Below, in pieces: positions 1-14,341 of a stretch of 64,000 nucleotides of DNA. Location of the stretch: the NCBI GenBank assembly GCA_951406725.2, contig OX597815.1, positions 22,382,001 to 22,446,000 on the forward strand, read 5' to 3'. The position numbers and the translations under genes are program-made. The DNA is from Octopus vulgaris. Its lineage: Eukaryota. Numbering within the stretch: position 1 is the first letter of the stretch; every line of letters begins with the position of its first letter. The notes under the pieces were generated by a model that did no database searches, was not told the origin of the DNA, and saw only the letters and a list, made by a program, of their open reading frames with translations.

Positions 1-1
1 A

Positions 2-137
2 GGTAAAGAGATGGCATCAGTTCTTGGGATGCAAAAAAGATTATGCATGTTGATTATATTCAAGGAGGCGACACCATCAATGTGGAGTATTATTTCAACT
101 AGCTGAGGCAGTTACGAAAATCTATCATGACCAAACG
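2..137 (+). mobile_element. Degenerate mariner transposase fragment
   Basis: Translates with lesions as GK.MASV.WD.K.I.HVDYIQGGDTINVEYY...LRQLRKSI.TKR, a typical mariner catalytic-domain segment. Confidence 0.7.
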
Positions 138-435
138 TATGTATGTGTGTATGTGTGTGTGTGTTTATGTGTTTGTATGAGTATACAAGTTCCTATATGA
201 ATTTATATTACACACACTCCACATATACACATACATACATATATACATACAAGCATATGCATACACACAAGCACGTATATACATGGACACATATGGTATA
301 ATTACTCATCTTATGAATTTTAATACTTATGTATATAAGTATGTGCATTTATTTCTATGTGTAAATATATTTGTGCGATTACTTCAGAGACGAGCGATAC
401 ACCTCACTGACGATATTATATACATGTGTTTGGTT

Positions 436-786
<351 letters not shown>

Positions 787-1060
787 CACATACAAATATA
801 TATGAATTTGTCTCTCTCAAATTGTCTATATTGAAAATGTATTCTTTGAATATCTTGGCCACAACCTGCTTCACCAGTGCTGGAGTGTTTTATTGTTCTG
901 TCAGCTGGTCTCAACAACGATATAGTTATTGAACGTGACAACTAACTTTTTCCAAGTCTTTGAATGTTCAATATCATTAACTCAGTGACTGTTTCTTCCG
1001 TACCTTCGCAATTCATCGCAAGGTTTGCTTTTGATCAAGTCGTTGCATGAAACATGTATC

Positions 1061-1114
<54 letters not shown>

Positions 1115-2030
1115 ATATATATATACTAAATAATTAGGGTTCAGCAAAGATTTGCTTTACCACATACCGAAGTTTAGAAATAGCAGCCAAAAACCCTTAG
1201 CTATTTCTTCTACTTTAAAAACGGGACTCCCAGAAAAACCGAAATACTTGAAAACAATCCACACAGGCAGAGAGGAAAAGTAACGAAAATCAATCAATAT
1301 CTGGTCATATATATATATATATTGTTGAGCTTGGCTAGCCAATGGCTATCAAATCACAGGTCCTTATATGGCTAATGTTATCGTTCATGATATTTTTACT
1401 TTAATTGATATTCTTATATTCACTTATGGAATGCTTATTTCTTAGGAAAATTGGGAGGCTGTAGGTATTCAGTACGGAATATATTCAAAACGGTTTATTT
1501 TGATCTTTAGTAAAATATGAAATTACTTGAAAATTTTTCGTAGGATTTATTAACTTCTGAGGAAATCTCTAAGAATGCTCGGGCACCAACGACAATTTGA
1601 AATGATTGCAATTGAAATCCGGTTTAGAAGAATCCATTCAATTATTTACCATCAATAACTGAATGTTCATGTTAAAAAAAAATCGGCATTTCATTGGCAA
1701 CGTAATGCGATGCAACATACTTTCTATAACACTTATATATTCTGTGTTTGTTATACTTCGGGACATGTCAACATTAAATTAAGAATAAACAAAAAATAAA
1801 ATAAACAATATTTTCAATGAAAAGAGAAACATTCACAGTTTATATTAAATGAATGTTTTACTGTATAAATTAGGTACAAAAACGAACAATGAAAAACAAT
1901 ATGTACAAAGAAAACACCTTAAACATATAATAAAAATATGTTATTAGCTCCTCTGAGAAAGAATTAAGGCCGAGATTTTACTTTTGGAATGCTGACTTCT
2001 TCTCTCTTACAGCGCATGAAACTGGCTTAC

Positions 2031-2329
2031 CTCTGAGTGTCCATCTATAGATTTTGGAGCTGCAAGATCGGCCATGTTACTTTGTGATACTAGACGGTTT
2101 TGTTCTTCGACATAGTCTGAATGTACTGCTGACATGGAAACACTGCCCGGAGGGTATTTCTTGTTGGTTTTGTTATTGTGGCGCCTGTGCCGATGACAGC
2201 GCCACATGCAGTAGATGAGTATGATTGCGTATGTAAAACACAGGAATCCAGACACGACAGCGATCACGATCGTCTTGCAGTTTCCGCTACATCCGTCATC
2301 GTTCCGATTCTTGGGGACGAAGTTTTCAT
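2031..2329 (-). CDS. RET: RET-like RTK exon, membrane-proximal CxxxC, TM helix and juxtamembrane: (D)ENFVPKNRNDDGCSGNCKTIVIAVVSGFLCFTYAIILIYCMWRCHRHRRHNNKTNKKYPPGSVSMSAVHSDYVEEQNRLVSQSNMADLAAPKSIDGHSE
   Basis: Acceptor tctctttcaag|AT, donor GAG|gtaagc, 299 nt, phase 1-0. CSGNCKTIVIA resembles RET CDELCRTVIAA. Hydrophobic helix followed by a basic stop-transfer stretch. Confidence 0.92.
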
Positions 2330-2358
2330 CTTGAAAGAGAAAATATAAAGACAATATA

Positions 2359-2702
2359 AAGAAGGAGAAGAAGAAGAAGAAGAAGAAGAAGAAGAAGAAG
2401 AAGAAGAAGAAGAAGGAGACGAAGAAGAAGAAGAAGAAGAAGAAGAAGAAGAAGAAGAAGAAGAAGAAGAAGAAGAAGAAGAAGAGGAGGAGGAGGAGGA
2501 GAGGTGGGGGAAGAGGAGGAGAAGAAGAAGAAGAAGAGGAGGAGGAGGAGGAGAGGTGGAGGAAGAGGAGAAGAAGAAGAAGAGGAGGAGGAGGAGGAGG
2601 AGGAGGAGAAGTGGAGGAAGAGTAGGAGGAGGAGAAGAAGAAGAAGAAGAAGAAGAAGAAGAAGGAGGATGAGGATGAGGATGAGGATGAGAAGTGGAGG
2701 AA

Positions 2703-2741
<39 letters not shown>

Positions 2742-2792
2742 GAGGAGGAGGAGGAGGAGGAGGAGGAGAAGAAGAAGAAGAAGAAGAAGCAG
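2359..2792. repeat. Compound (GAA/GGA/GAT/GTA)n purine-rich tract
   Basis: Directly visible trinucleotide arrays. Confidence 0.95.
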
Positions 2793-3688
2793 CATGAACT
2801 TGATGATATAGAGGAAGTTGAAAGAGATATACATTTAATTCATAAAATATTTTAAATAATTTACTCCTTGCTTAATATCTCAATTTTCCACTGATAAACA
2901 AAGTGTTTTATATAAACGTCAGAGACATTGGTCATACAAAAGGCATTGGTCAACCTGAAGTGTTAGTCACACAAAGGCTACCAAAAGAATAAAAGTCTAG
3001 TATCTCTGAGAACCCAAGGTGTAAGTTGAAATGGTATGTAGTTTAAATGGGTCCAAATGAGCAGGGATTGAAGCAGATATGAGGAAATGCTAGGCGTCTG
3101 CTTACATTTTGACTAACTGTATATCAAGAGCATATACAAAGCAGCTATGTGTGAGTCGCGTTTGGATTTATGGTAACGTTATATATAATGAAATGGCCAT
3201 TAGGAATCATCGGGTAATGTGAGACTGAGAATTTGTTGAGACTTTGAGGCCTTATATGTGTGCGTATGTGCGTGTGTATATGCGTGTGTGTATGTATGAG
3301 CGTACGTGCGTGTGTGTGTGTATATTGTTAACTGCGAACAAGGACAGTATATCGTTCTGCAACCGTAATATACTACCAAATACGTTAAAAGTTTTACAAG
3401 TCAATATTGTATAGGAGAGAGTGAGCGAATAAGAGAGAAAGTGTGTGTGTGAGAGAGAGAGGGAGAGAGATATAGAGAGATCAAAAGTAAATAGGCATTC
3501 TTTATTATACGGTTTTGTCTGTGCAGAGACTACACATAGTCAAACAGTTTCAGTCATTAGAAACTACACAAAGCATCTCTGCTAACAAGTAGATTGAGAA
3601 TTTACACGCATCAGGTGACCTTGTATCATTTCTAGCAAAATACGTAAAATCTGACAGTGTTTATTTACTCTTCAAATCTCTCTCCCAC

Positions 3689-3729
<41 letters not shown>

Positions 3730-3899
3730 ATATATATATTCATTTATTTGTTTATTTATTTATGTGTATATATGTGCGTTTGTGTATGGTGACATCCAAC
3801 CAAGTGATGATATTTTGACAGATCAAAATATGAAGAAATTAGTCCAATTCGCCATTTATATATAGCTAATGTGTGTGTGTGTGTGAATGTGTATGAGTC

Positions 3900-4330
3900 T
3901 TTCTGTCTGTGATGTCCCCACACCACCGCTTGACAACCGGTGCTGGTGAGTTTACGTCCCCGTAAGTTAGCGGTTTGACTAAGGAGACCGATAGAATAAA
4001 TACCGGGCTTAAATAAAAAAAAAAAAAAGTACCGGAGTCAATGTATTTGACTAAAAATTCTTCAAGGCGGTGCTCCAGCATGACTGCAGTTTAACGACTG
4101 AATCAAGTAAAAGATAAAGGATGTTTGTATGTGCATGTCTGTGTCTGTGTTTATTCCCCACCACTGTTTGACAACCGGTGTTGGTATATTTACATTCTCT
4201 TAACTTAGTTCGGCAAAAGTGATCAAAAGTACCAAGCTTTAAAAAATATGTACTGGGGTATATTCATTCGACAAAATAGTCTTCATGATGGTGCCCTAGA
4301 ATGGCCACAGTGTAATGATTGAAACAAGTA
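3900..4330 (+). mobile_element. Two tandem 3' halves of older family A-related SINEs
   Basis: Repeated TTGACAACCGGTG.TGGT...ACTTAG...CTGAA.CAAGTAA blocks. Confidence 0.65.
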
Positions 4331-4395
4331 AGACGTGTGTGTGCGTGGTGCGTGTGTGTATGTGCGTGTGTGTAACATACATGTGCAAACATATA

Positions 4396-5708
4396 TGAGG
4401 TGGGTACCCAACAGAAACCGGAATTTTGCAATATTATTATTTTTTTTACTTTGTTTTATATGATTACACACACATTTATCGCCTTCAAAGTATTCTCCGT
4501 TTGAAGCAATATCTCGGCCCAGAAAGCGTTTTCTTCAGTTCGAAGCAGTCCTGAAATTCTTGCGAAGTGATGCTTTTTAACGCCTCCGTCACTTTCTCTT
4601 CACCTCTTCCACATTTGCAAAACGTTTTCCTTTAACGACTTTTTCATTCGGAGGAACAAAAGGAGTTGCTGGGAACAAGATCAGGTGAATAGGGAGGGTG
4701 TTTAAGCGGTGTCATCCCATTTTTGGTCAAAAACTGTCTCGCACTCAAGGCAGAGTGCCGAGGGTCCATTGTCGTGATGAAACCAAAATCTCCACTTTGC
4801 CACTGGTTGGGGCGTTTTCGTCTTAGCGCATCTCACAAACGTTTCAGAACTTCCAAGTAAAATGTCTGGTTAACGGTTTGACCAGGAGGAACAAATTCTG
4901 TGTGAACAATTCCTTTCGCATCAATGAAACAAATTCAGCATCATCTTGACATTGAACTTCACTTGATGCACATTTTGGGGGTGTGGTGACATTGAATGCT
5001 TCCATTGACTTGATTGCTGCTTCGTTTCCGGGTCGTAGCCGTAGCACCGGCTTTCGTCACCAGTGATGACCTTCGAAAAGAGATTCGGATCAACTTCCAA
5101 CTGCTCTTACAGTTCACGACATGCATTTAGACGTGACAGCTTTTGATATTCCATGAGGACGTGAGTCACAAATATTTATTTGCAATTCCTCGCACAAAAT
5201 TCGTTGGCAGGAGCTACAGAATACACCAGTTATACCAACAAGTTTGTCAATTGTTCGGCGACGGTCCTCCAAGATGAGTTCATGAATTTTCGTGGCGTTT
5301 TTGTTCGTTCGGGAGGTCGACGGTCACCCTAAACGAAATTGGTCTTCAAGTGTCAAGTATCCATTCCTAAAGCGTGAAAGCCGCTCGTAAACTTGAGTTT
5401 TGCTCATAGCAGGTCCTTATAAGCTGTTTGATGTGTGACAACTATTTCGGCCGGTATTTTCTCCAGCAGAAAACAGAATTTCACGGAACACGCTGCCCTT
5501 TCCTTTCAGCGATCGCAAAAATCGACGAACAGAGGAGAAGCACTGCCAAACAATGACGCACTACGTGGAAGTACAACTCAATAGAAAGACGCCAGTCGGC
5601 AGACTGATGCTTGACGGTCACATCAAGTGGCTTCTAGCGACGGAAGCCTAAACTACACTGGGCTTGTCCCACAAAGAACGTTTTCGGTTAATTTTGGGTA
5701 CTCCCTCG
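4396..5708 (-). mobile_element. Near full-length defective mariner DNA transposon
   Basis: Imperfect TIRs ((T/C)GAGG..GTACCCAA...AACCG.AA) with TA flanks. Minus-strand motifs VITGDESRCYGYDPETKQQSSQW, HHDN, HPPYSPDL, GEYFEGDK, with frameshifts. Confidence 0.88.
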
Positions 5709-7215
5709 TATATCCATGTGTCAGACATAAGCTGTCGCTTTAGAAAGAGAAATTTGAATTGTTAATAAGTAAAGTATAAGCTGAAGCTATAAATTGATAA
5801 ATATAGCGACGCCATTAGATAATTGTTTATAAAAGTCAGAAATGTAGGAAATAAATAGAAAGAAAAAGGGAAAAGTATATATGAAAAGTGCACACTACCC
5901 ATTGATAAAATATTAAAATTTTTGTTTTAATAATCGAGTTAAATTATGTATCGGATATCAATATTCAAATAACAAATTATGTTGGGTCGTATTTTCACAT
6001 ATTCAAAGGTAAGTAAGAGACATGTGCTGATTTCGTATATGCTTTCCGTGCATACAACCATCTCTAAATGAAGTGGAAGTTAACAAATGTTTTATTGGCT
6101 AAAAACACATTAACTGAAATATGGTAACAAACGATGGATGAAATAAACCAAGCATACGGAGTGACAATAATTAATTTATGAATTAAATTATTTACAGAAT
6201 ACACAGGTTACTTCCACTCGGATACAGCTTATCTTTTAGTAAACGCCCGTAATTAATTCTATTAATAGTTCTGAATATTAACTGCGTCTTTCCTACTAGA
6301 CATGAATCAATAGTAACAATAGTGTTTTCCTGCAATTGAACAAGATATGTACATAAATAATTGGTGACTCAATACAGTGTTTATATCTTGTTGGTGACTA
6401 CTGAACATGATTGACAACCACTGCAGAATTTATTATCCATAAATTTTGATAAATATACCGAATTGTTCTTTCATTGAGGGTTATATGATAGTATTTAATC
6501 ACTGCTGCAATGGAGATTGGAAGACTAATTATAGCAAGCTACATGGCTCATAAAATGTGAGTTTCAATATAGCTAACAGCCATAAAAGTTAATTATTACT
6601 ATATTCCATGAATCTTTACGTCATTCACATATAACGCAAGAGTTTTAGAGAGTAAAATTATGAGTAACAAATAAACGAGATATTCGAGAAGGAAATTTGT
6701 AAGAGGGTGACAAAATGGTGGAAAAGTTTGGCAAAATTGACACATATAACGATAGAATGATTGAAAAAGACCTGACTAAAAATTAATCAAATGATAATCA
6801 AGAATGGCTGTATGTAATGAAGTAATGAGAAACTGAGAGATACATAGGGTAAAATGTAATAGGAAAATGGAGGAATGACAGGAAACTAGAATGAAATATA
6901 ATGATATAGAAACTGAATTGCGTGATGGAAACAAAGAAACCGAAGAGAGAAATACAGAATGAGAGAGATGCAAGTAGATAGAGAGAGAAGTAGAAGAGAA
7001 GAGAAATAGACGAGCTAAGATAGGGAGAAAAGTGAAACGGGGTATAGAAAAATACGAAGAGCAGTGAAGCAATATGAAGGGTGAAAAGATTGGAAGGAGG
7101 ATGAACACATTGAAAGAGTGTAAAGAAACGCTAATAAATAGGTAGATGGAGGTACTACTTAACAATAAATTTTTTGCCATATTTGTGTGTGCATGAGAGA
7201 GAGAGAGAGAGAGAG

Positions 7216-7276
<61 letters not shown>

Positions 7277-7771
7277 GTGTTCGTGTGTGTGTGTGTGCGA
7301 GCAAAATTACGACATTCTCTGAGATTCGCAACAGGCTGGGCCGTAGAGGACTACTGGAGCGAAAATCGAAGTATATCTTCAATCTTGATAAAATAAATGT
7401 ATCTATCCACTTGGTCTAGAGTATTGGGTGCTGTATCAGATACAGTTTACGCTACACAAAATATATTTATATACTTTACATGACTTACATTACGTTAGGT
7501 ATGTAAGTACTTATATAATATATATATATGTATATATGCCAACATATATATATATACGCACATGTATAGATATATATCTATGTGCGTGTGTGTAAGTATG
7601 TATATATATACATATATATATATATGCATATATATGTACACATATATGTATATATATATATATACATATATATATATACATATATATATATACATACATA
7701 TATATATGCATATATATATACATATATGCATATATACATACATATACACACATATACATATATATATATAA

Positions 7772-7808
<37 letters not shown>

Positions 7809-7824
7809 CATATATATATATACA

Positions 7825-7869
<45 letters not shown>

Positions 7870-8049
7870 AGGAGAATATAAAAAAACAAAAGACGAAGAC
7901 AGGTAATGTATACAGCAAATAGATGTATTTGTATAATACATCTTATTCGTATAACGCTCGGAAAATGAAAAAGTCTTTAACGTTTCCAGCCTACGCTCTT
8001 CTACAGAAAGAAACAAGGAGAGGAAATAAAGAATGTGTAGTGGCTAGCG

Positions 8050-8090
<41 letters not shown>

Positions 8091-8982
8091 CTGTAAAATA
8101 GGTACTCATGCATACATATATTATACATATATAAAGAGTGGGAACCATATACTTATTGCAATAGCTGAAAAATAGTCAGTATTTCCCTAAAACGACGTTG
8201 ATAAGGCAAAGTCGTTAAACAGAAAGCACCGGAAATAGTTGTTTCCTAATTAAACAGGTCTTATTTATTTGTTTAAATTAATAGCTAACGACGTGTAGTA
8301 CGTTCGGCTGCAAAAATAATCGTCTCTCAAAACAACATAGTCTCTCTGTCTCTGTCTCTCTTTCTCTCCGTCTTTAATGTCTTTCCCTCTTCCTCCCCAT
8401 CTTTCTCTCCCTCTTTCTGTCTCCCGCTCTCTCCCTCACACACATGCACACATATAGATAGATGTACAGTCTGACAGGCAGATAGATAAATAGAGAAGGA
8501 GGGGGATACAATAACCTAAAATAATATACGTTCTTAGATGCTACCTCACCTCAACCATTGACACAAGCAAACATATAGTAAGCCTAATATAAACCGTACA
8601 TTTATGCTGTATTGTAGTTATCAACCCATAGTTTTGGAAACAATTAGTAACTTCAGCACCAGAATACCTGACTACCAGCGAGTAAAACCTTGTTTGGTCA
8701 GCAATGTTTTAACAATGCTGACCAAACGAGAAAAACTGGAAGGCAGTTTTCAAATTAACCCAATTCTCAGAGAAAATGTAGTTCGCTTCGCCCTATGAAT
8801 GGAAGATCTAATCCTTCGGAATTTCCAAGCAGTTTTTGCCTCCAAATCTAACCATACGACTTGAGTCAAACAAAGAATAAAGTAAAAGAAATCAACTCCG
8901 TTTGTCATGCATGGCGATCTTACCCAGGACCTCATAATTATGGATAGAATGCTTCAATCGTTCTGTCATGTCAGCATCCATC

Positions 8983-9025
<43 letters not shown>

Positions 9026-9271
9026 GCGCACACCACAAATTTCTTTTATTGTCACAATATTCACAAATCCATGCGTTATAGATATACATTTAACTTTATT
9101 GTATAATCGTAAAAAGAAGCACTTCTGATGGTTGTGGTGACTGGTTACCAGACACACAACCGAACTTTCGAACTATAAGATGTATTTCTGAGAAAATGCA
9201 TTTTCAGGAAACAGTGTTACCACAGATAAATATAACTACATGAAATGTCTTGCGTGCTCTATTCTTTCGCT

Positions 9272-9273
<2 letters not shown>

Positions 9274-9303
<30 letters not shown>

Positions 9304-9329
9304 CATACATACATACATACATACATACA

Positions 9330-9363
<34 letters not shown>

Positions 9364-9425
9364 CATGCATACATACATACATACATATATACATACATAC
9401 ATACATACATACATACATACATACA

Positions 9426-9459
<34 letters not shown>

Positions 9460-9570
9460 CATGCATACATACATATATACATGCATACATACATACATAC
9501 ATACATACATACATACATACATACATACATACATACATACATACATACATACATACATGCATACATACAT
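9274..9570. repeat. (ACAT)n microsatellite
   Basis: Directly visible. Similar arrays at 10145-10321, 15670-15773, 59567-59778 and 60263-60345. Confidence 0.95.
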
Positions 9571-10326
9571 GATGGCTGTTAACTCGTGTTCGATTATTGC
9601 CATCACCTTATCGAAAGTCCCACACAGACGAAAGTTGCGACCAGCCATTTTTGTGACAGGTCTTACTTTTTTTTCAAGTGATGCCTGTGCATTATTATTT
9701 ATTATTATTATTTTTATTTTAGTGGGGAAAGGGTTTTGCACAAATCCAGTCTCACTCTCTGAACATGGACAACATAAACTCGAAAAGAATAACTAGTCGA
9801 CATCATCGAATATTGTAGTGTTGCAGGATTTCTCTGAGTTTCCTACTCCAAGTTGACCAACCCGCGTCTGGATACCAAATCAAGTATTTCCACGTCTCCG
9901 AGCATACATGAATGCATACATACACATGTACATATATTGTTGGATGACTGTTGACTATTCATGAACTCTTCCGCCCTTTGTCGGGTCTTACTTTTGGTTC
10001 TGCAGGGTATCCAAAAATCACCCTGCTAAACAAGCAAGTTTAACTGGGTTGCCAGTTTAGTCGTCGAGGACCAACCATGCAACAGGTTGTACTGGGTTAC
10101 ATGTTATCAGTAGCGACCAAGAATGACCTGACATAATATACAAACATACATAGATACATACATACATACATACATACATACATACATACATACATACATA
10201 CATACATACATACATACATACATACATACATACATACATACATACATACATACATACATACATACATACATACATACATACATACATACATACATACATA
10301 CATACATACATACATACATACACGCG

Positions 10327-10870
10327 TGATATCCCAGTGAAAACCTCAATAAAATGTAAGCACAACAGACCTGATATAATGAATTAGGATAGAGAAGAGA
10401 AACTGTGCATAGTTGTGAAAATTAGCTGCCCAGCGAATGTTAACATAAAGTTGAAAGATCGATGGAAAAAGAGAATATCCTACGCTGAACTATTGAGAAA
10501 TCTGCAGTTACTTTATCCAGATTACAAGTTCAGGTTTATATCTGTAATTATTGGGGAGCTAGGATATGTAACACACTGCCTAAATAATAATCTTGAAAAA
10601 TTAGGCTTCTCAAAACTAGAAAGGAGAAAGCTAATTCGAAGACTGCAGATGCAATCTGTCACTGAAACTGTAAAAACCTGTAAAACTTACCAGTTTATCA
10701 TTTAAATATATATAAGCATGCCTAGATGTGCAATTGTATGCATGAGAATACATACATAAAACAAAACATACAATTCTACACGTATACATACATACATACA
10801 AACAAAAAAATACCCTGTTGTTGATATTGAAATTCCAATGAAGGAGCCTTTGATTTAGGTTAGATATTCC
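10327..10870 (+). mobile_element. 3' fragment of an R4/Dong-like non-LTR retrotransposon with restriction-like endonuclease
   Basis: IPVKTSIKCKHNRPDI...ISCP..NIK.K...Y.EL.RNLQLLYPDYKF..VIIG.LG, a PD-(D/E)xK REL domain. Starts right after an (ACAT)n tract. Confidence 0.75.
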
Positions 10871-12001
10871 CAAAGATTCTCCGTCTGAGATTGCTTAGGG
10901 GTACAGATGCACATACTTGGATGTGTGCATCGACAACTCCATCAACACCCCAACTCAACCACATATTTACAAACACCGGGAAATCTCTTAGCTCATGAAG
11001 TGTTGTCGCTTCAATAGCTGGAGATGTATAATTATAAAACTCAAATGCATACCATATCTCAAAGGACACATGTGCATATCGAGTTCTACCGTTATACACC
11101 ATGAATTCAATTCACTCCAAATGTCTTCAAACAACGCGCCACTGAAGATCCACAGATAATTGTTTAATCATTAATGGTGAAACTTCGAGGTATAGGAATA
11201 ACTGGTCCTTTTAATTTTTTCAAATTGTCTTGCCCGATTACATGTAACGCGCTATGAATGAGAATGTATTTTTCGTGGTCTGAAGATCTGACAGCTTCAT
11301 GGAAACACTTACTGTTCTCCTCTTAGTGTATGGTTATACACATTTATGTATAAAAATAATTTACAATCTACGGACAATTTTTACGCATACTGGCCACTGG
11401 TATAAATTTTTATTTTCAATAATTCTTACTCTTAGTATATTTATACATTCATATGTTTATGTTCAATACGCATAACACTTGTCTCACTCAGAAATTGTAC
11501 TCTATGTTTAAACCATATATTTTTTTGATATTATCCATAAATCTGACAGAGCGCATGTTTATACATTTCTTTAATAAACATGCTTTGGACTTGCAATGTC
11601 AGCAGATCCCGTGGTTAAGCCGCATATCTGCCTTTATTTACAATTTTATTCATAAACACGTTGTCTCAATACTTAATTAAGGCCAGACGCCAACAAATGT
11701 ACTAATATGCAAATGACCAAAACAGTGACAACTCTTCATCCCATTTTACATATATGTAGTTCTTTGCTATAATCTATCTTTCTCTGTCAGCCTGACCTCC
11801 TCTCTCACTTTTCTTCTCTCTCTCTCTCTCTTTCCTTCTTGCTTTACGTCGCATGATATAACCACTTCTAACGAGAAGTCGGGATGTTCTTGCATCCGTT
11901 CTTCAGAGGGAGTTCTGTTAATTAACAACGGGATCTATTTACATAGCAACGCTAAATGGATATTTATTAATCGCGCGTTTGTGAATATTTTGGCATTCTT
12001 A

Positions 12002-12107
<106 letters not shown>

Positions 12108-12186
12108 AGCACACTGAGACACAAACACAAACATACACGGATACACCTACAATCGCATGTGTGTATGCACGTATATATGAATGTAC

Positions 12187-12234
<48 letters not shown>

Positions 12235-12660
12235 CTCGCATATGCATCCAAGTCTCCTTGTCTCTGGTTCGACATAAAATAAACTGAACGGAACGAATTA
12301 AGGGGCTGAACGAGTGCATTTTATACTACGCAAACCTAAAATTCTTACATATACACTTGTATTATTTTTGATTTCTTTTAATGCCATCTTATAACAAGGT
12401 CAGATAATACGACTCACGTCTTCTAAAATCCTGCTCTAAGAAGACAGTAAATCCCCTTTTTTACTTAGACTTTAATATTGATTTCTTTTAAGGCGGAGAG
12501 CTGGCAGGATAATTACCGTACCGGGAAAAAAATTCCCGACCTGCATTTAGTCCATCTTTACGTGCTGAGTACAAATTCCGCCAAGTTCAACTCTGCCTTT
12601 GAAAGTATTGGTCTTGTGCCAAAATTTGAAACCAATATTGAGTTCTTATAGCTGATCGAA

Positions 12661-12705
12661 GTCTGTCTGTCTATCTATCTATCTACCTATCTATAAATCT
12701 ATCTG

Positions 12706-12738
<33 letters not shown>

Positions 12739-12741
12739 TTC

Positions 12742-12800
<59 letters not shown>

Positions 12801-12828
12801 CTATCTATTTATCTATCTATCTATCTAC

Positions 12829-12876
<48 letters not shown>

Positions 12877-13020
12877 TTATCTATATCTATCTGTCTCTAT
12901 TTCTATCTATATCTATCTATATATCTATCTATCTATCTCTATCTATCTATCTATCTATCTATATCTATCTATCTATTTATCTATCTCTGTCTATTTATCT
13001 ATCTATATCTGTCTATCTAT

Positions 13021-13052
<32 letters not shown>

Positions 13053-13053
13053 T

Positions 13054-13151
<98 letters not shown>

Positions 13152-13173
13152 GATCGATCTATCTATCTATCTA
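12661..13173. repeat. (ATCT)n microsatellite
   Basis: Directly visible. (AGAT)n arrays also at 15616-15670, 20778-21096 and 57958-58112. Confidence 0.95.
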
Positions 13174-13542
13174 TGCATATACACACACATTCATATAGCA
13201 TGTTTCAGTGATGATCCTATGATTCTACACATACACTTTCTAAAAGTAAACAGCCATCATATATATGCGCGTGCGTGTATGTGTGTTATTGATAATAGTA
13301 AGGTTGATCAGCAGAAAAGAAATAATTGTTAATTTGTTATTTATATACAGATACAAAGTCTTAAAAATTTTCTGAGAAAATGAAATGAAATGAAATGAAA
13401 TAGTATATTCTCGTCAATACAGTTAAAAATTTCTGTAGCGCTTGATAATGCCTCGCACTTCATTTCCTTGGAAAATTTGGAAGCTGCGTTTTCCAAACAT
13501 TATCTGATATAAAGCTCAATACGTTTGGTGGAGTGGCTACAT

Positions 13543-13781
13543 ACTCTTTTACTTGTTTCAGTCATTTGATTGCTGCCATGCTGGAGCAAATCGACCCTAG
13601 GACTTATTCTTTCTAAGCCAAGTACTTATTCTATCGGTCTCTTTTGCCGAACCGCTATATTACGGGGAAGTAAACACGCCAGCATCGGTTGTCAAGCGAT
13701 GTTGGGAGGACAAGCACAGACACACAAACATATACACATACATACATACATAATTACATACATACATACATATATACATAC

Positions 13782-13870
<89 letters not shown>

Positions 13871-14215
13871 AAGGCGCATGGCTCAGTGGTTAGAGCGTCG
13901 AGCTTACGATCGTGAGGTTGTGAGCTCGAATCCCGGACCGGGCTGCGTGTTGTGCTCTCGAGCAAGGCACTTTATTTCACGTTGCTCCAGTTCACTCAGC
14001 TGTAGAAATGAGTTGCGACGTCACTGGTGCCAAGCTGTATCGACCTTTGTCTTTCCCTTGGATAACACTGGTGGCGTGGAGAGGGGAGGCTGGTATGCAT
14101 GGGCGACTGCTGGTCTTCCATAAACAACCTTGCCCGGACTTGTGTCTAGGAGGGTAACTTTCTAGGTGCAATCCCATGGTCATTTATGACCGAAGGGGGT
14201 CTAAAAAAAAAGTCT

Positions 14216-14256
<41 letters not shown>

Positions 14257-14341
14257 GACGGGCTTCTTTCAGTTTCCGTCTACCAAATCCACTCCCAAGG
14301 CTTTGATCGGCCCGAGGCTATAGTAGAAAACACTTGCCCAA
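13543..14341 (-). mobile_element. SINE family A (tRNA head, CORE-like domain, internal microsatellite) with a nested SINE
   Basis: Matches the other family A copies; interrupted by the element at 13873-14201. Confidence 0.8.
13873..14201 (+). mobile_element. tRNA-derived SINE (family C), nested in a family A copy
   Basis: A box GGCTCAGTGG and B-box-like GAGCTCGAATCC, followed by a unique body. Confidence 0.75.

Noticed and set aside
2330-2834. N-terminal poly-L/S/F/P part of the 275-aa ORF
   Set aside because: Intronic trinucleotide tract upstream of a clear splice acceptor; only 2329-2031 is exon.
9125-9170. Hammerhead-like CTGATG...stem...GAAC
   Set aside because: Core is incomplete and stems I and III are missing; at most a decayed relic.
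13873-13945. tRNA genes at SINE heads (also 24676, 26293, 32199, 40063)
   Set aside because: No complete acceptor stem; most continue into SINE bodies, several with TSDs.
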